This document shows, in pieces, positions 62,398 to 64,000 of a stretch of 64,000 bases of DNA. The DNA is from Chloroflexota bacterium. GTDB lineage: Bacteria > Chloroflexota > UBA11872 > VXOZ01. Both the position numbers and the translations under genes were made by a program. The notes beneath the pieces are model-generated. The model saw only the letters and a list, made by a program, of their open reading frames with translations, was not told the origin of the DNA and ran no database searches. Each line of letters starts with the position of its first letter. The first letter of the stretch is position 1. The stretch covers positions 512,001 to 576,000 of the forward strand of contig OZ219801.1 of NCBI GenBank assembly GCA_964291655.2, written 5' to 3'.

Positions 62398-63729
62398 ATG
62401 TCAGCACTACCCGCAATCCTGGGCGGCGAGCAGGCCGTCACGTTGGACCACGACTACTACGTGCAGTGGCCGATTTACACCGAGGAAGAGGTAGACGTCG
62501 TTTCAGATCTCATCCGCAATCATGCCCTCGCCAGCCAGTTCGGCGGGCCGGGGCCGATCACGGACTTGGAACGGCGGGTAGCAGAAACGTGGGGCGTTAA
62601 GCATGCCTTGGCGCATTCGTCAGGAACGGCATCGTTGCGGGCAGCGCTCTTCGGCGTTGGCGTCGGCAAGGGGGACGAGGTCATTTCGCAATCGGCCATC
62701 CATCCGTTCAACTGCTTGCCAATCGTCGGCAGTGGCGCGGTGCCGGTCTTTGCCGACATTGACCCGGTCACGCTCACCCTCGACCCCGCAGACGTGGAGC
62801 GTAAGATCACGCCCCGCACGAAAGCCATCATGGTCGTGCATTGGCCCGGCTGTCCGGCGGACATGGACTCAATCATGGACATCGCCGGCCGGCACGCATT
62901 GCGCGTCGTAGAAGACAATTGTATCTCCCAAGGAACGACTCATCGCGGACGCATGGCTGGATCTATCGGTGACGCCTCCGCCATCAGCTTTCAGCATGGC
63001 AAGTGCACGTCCGCCGGTGAGGGCGGCGTCTTCATGACCAACGACACGGAAGTCTACCAACGCGCTGCTTGCCTGGGGCACTACGAACGTTTACGCGAAT
63101 TGCCCAATCCCAAGTGGCGCGCGATGACCGGCTTCAGCTTTGGCGAGAAGTATCGCATGGCGACGTTAAGCGCCGCCATCGGCGCCGTCCAAATGAAATA
63201 CTGGAGAGATCGTCTTGCCGTGCGCCATGCGAACACCGACAAGCTGGGAGAAGCCATCGCTGCCATCGAAGGCTTCGCCGCACCGGATTTCCCCACTTAC
63301 TTTCCATCGCCGTACCAGAGCGGTCGCATCATGTTCGATCCCGAGAAACTCGGCGGCATCACTCGCACACGGCTGCTGGAGGTGCTGCAAGCCGAAGGGG
63401 CGCAGGTCTCGTCGCCCGCACAAAAGGACACACTCACTCCGCACGCGAACGGGCTTACCCACATGCTTCACAAGCATCCGGTTTTCCAGGGCAACGAACA
63501 CGGGACAGGAGACGTACTGTGGGAGGTTCTGGGTCCGAACGTTACAAGAATTGACTACAGCAGCGTCACGCTCCCCGTCACCGAGGATCCCGAAATACCC
63601 TACAATTCGATCCGTGTGCCCAGCTTCACCCGTCCGGCGGATGAATTGATCGACCAGTACGTGGCTGCCTTTGCCAAAGTGGCCGCCCACGCGGATGAAC
63701 TGAGCGGCGCGCTTGCCGAAGCCCGTTAG
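62398..63729 (+). CDS. DegT/DnrJ/EryC1/StrS-family PLP aminotransferase
   Basis: SSGTASL, G.GDEVI, GAVPVFADID, ITPRTKAI.VVH, SFQHGK...GEGG. Confidence 0.9.
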   Translation: MSALPAILGGEQAVTLDHDYYVQWPIYTEEEVDVVSDLIRNHALASQFGGPGPITDLERRVAETWGVKHALAHSSGTASLRAALFGVGVGKGDEVISQSAIHPFNCLPIVGSGAVPVFADIDPVTLTLDPADVERKITPRTKAIMVVHWPGCPADMDSIMDIAGRHALRVVEDNCISQGTTHRGRMAGSIGDASAISFQHGKCTSAGEGGVFMTNDTEVYQRAACLGHYERLRELPNPKWRAMTGFSFGEKYRMATLSAAIGAVQMKYWRDRLAVRHANTDKLGEAIAAIEGFAAPDFPTYFPSPYQSGRIMFDPEKLGGITRTRLLEVLQAEGAQVSSPAQKDTLTPHANGLTHMLHKHPVFQGNEHGTGDVLWEVLGPNVTRIDYSSVTLPVTEDPEIPYNSIRVPSFTRPADELIDQYVAAFAKVAAHADELSGALAEAR

Positions 63730-63851
63730 GGGAAAATACCAGCAGAGCAGGCTCGTTGATTCCACGCAGCGCGGGGTTTGTCCCCACTGTAATCGCATCA
63801 ACCGCCGGGGTGAAGAACATGCGGTTTTCGATGCCCTGCCCGGTAGCGCAG

Positions 63852-64000
63852 GCCCTTCGACAAGCTCAGGACACGTTTGTAACCTCGTATCAAGTACGGG
63901 GCAGGCTCTGCGACTGAGTCCTCCAGTTGGGACGCGTTCCTTCTGGTTGCATGTATTGCTTCATTGCCGCAACGCTGCATATTCCCCTCACCCCGGCCCT
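63852..64000. repeat. mosaic of REP-like elements
   Basis: GCCCTTCGACAAGCTCAGGAC (63852-63872), CCTCGTATCAAGTACGGGGCAGGCTCT (63883-63909), CCCCTCACCCCGGCCCT at the window end. Confidence 0.7.

Overview
Bacterial chromosomal window of moderately high GC. The gene style (Tat-lipoprotein solute-binding protein, YtxH, PI/PIM-type lipid operon, DUF1640-like protein, many short palindromic repeats) suggests a Chloroflexota member, possibly host-associated; this is inference only. Left part (1-11 kb): 5'-truncated IS1182-family transposase inserted in a REP-like palindrome, a voltage-gated cation channel with a CatSper-like TFDGWTD filter, an NCS2 permease fused to a degenerate RsbW-like HATPase domain, a 1.8-kb debris island (decayed RAYT, vapBC, hsdM 3' remnant, orphan antitoxin) whose flanking genes show mirror-image third-codon C versus G skew, a YbaY lipoprotein and a scramblase. 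Middle: tpiA, iscS, a SAM-cycle operon (mtnP-pfkB-ahcY-metK), a reverse-strand arsR-ino1-patA-PHP-pimA-pgsA phosphatidylinositol-mannoside-like operon, a GT4-tagA-rbsK-rfaE1-rfaE2-ndk cluster, a sulfatase-family enzyme with Thr at the catalytic Cys/Ser position, hydantoinase B/A with an FAD oxidoreductase and an SBP, and a NIF3-C45-hypothetical operon. Right: an NHLP-type three-gene peptide export cassette (C39 ABC transporter with a 1-nt frameshift) with a 64-aa acidic double-glycine precursor and no adjacent known RiPP maturase, tRNA-Asn, cyoE, an interrupted argD-argG-argH run and an epimerase/DegT pair. All family calls come from motif recognition by eye; no searches were run.
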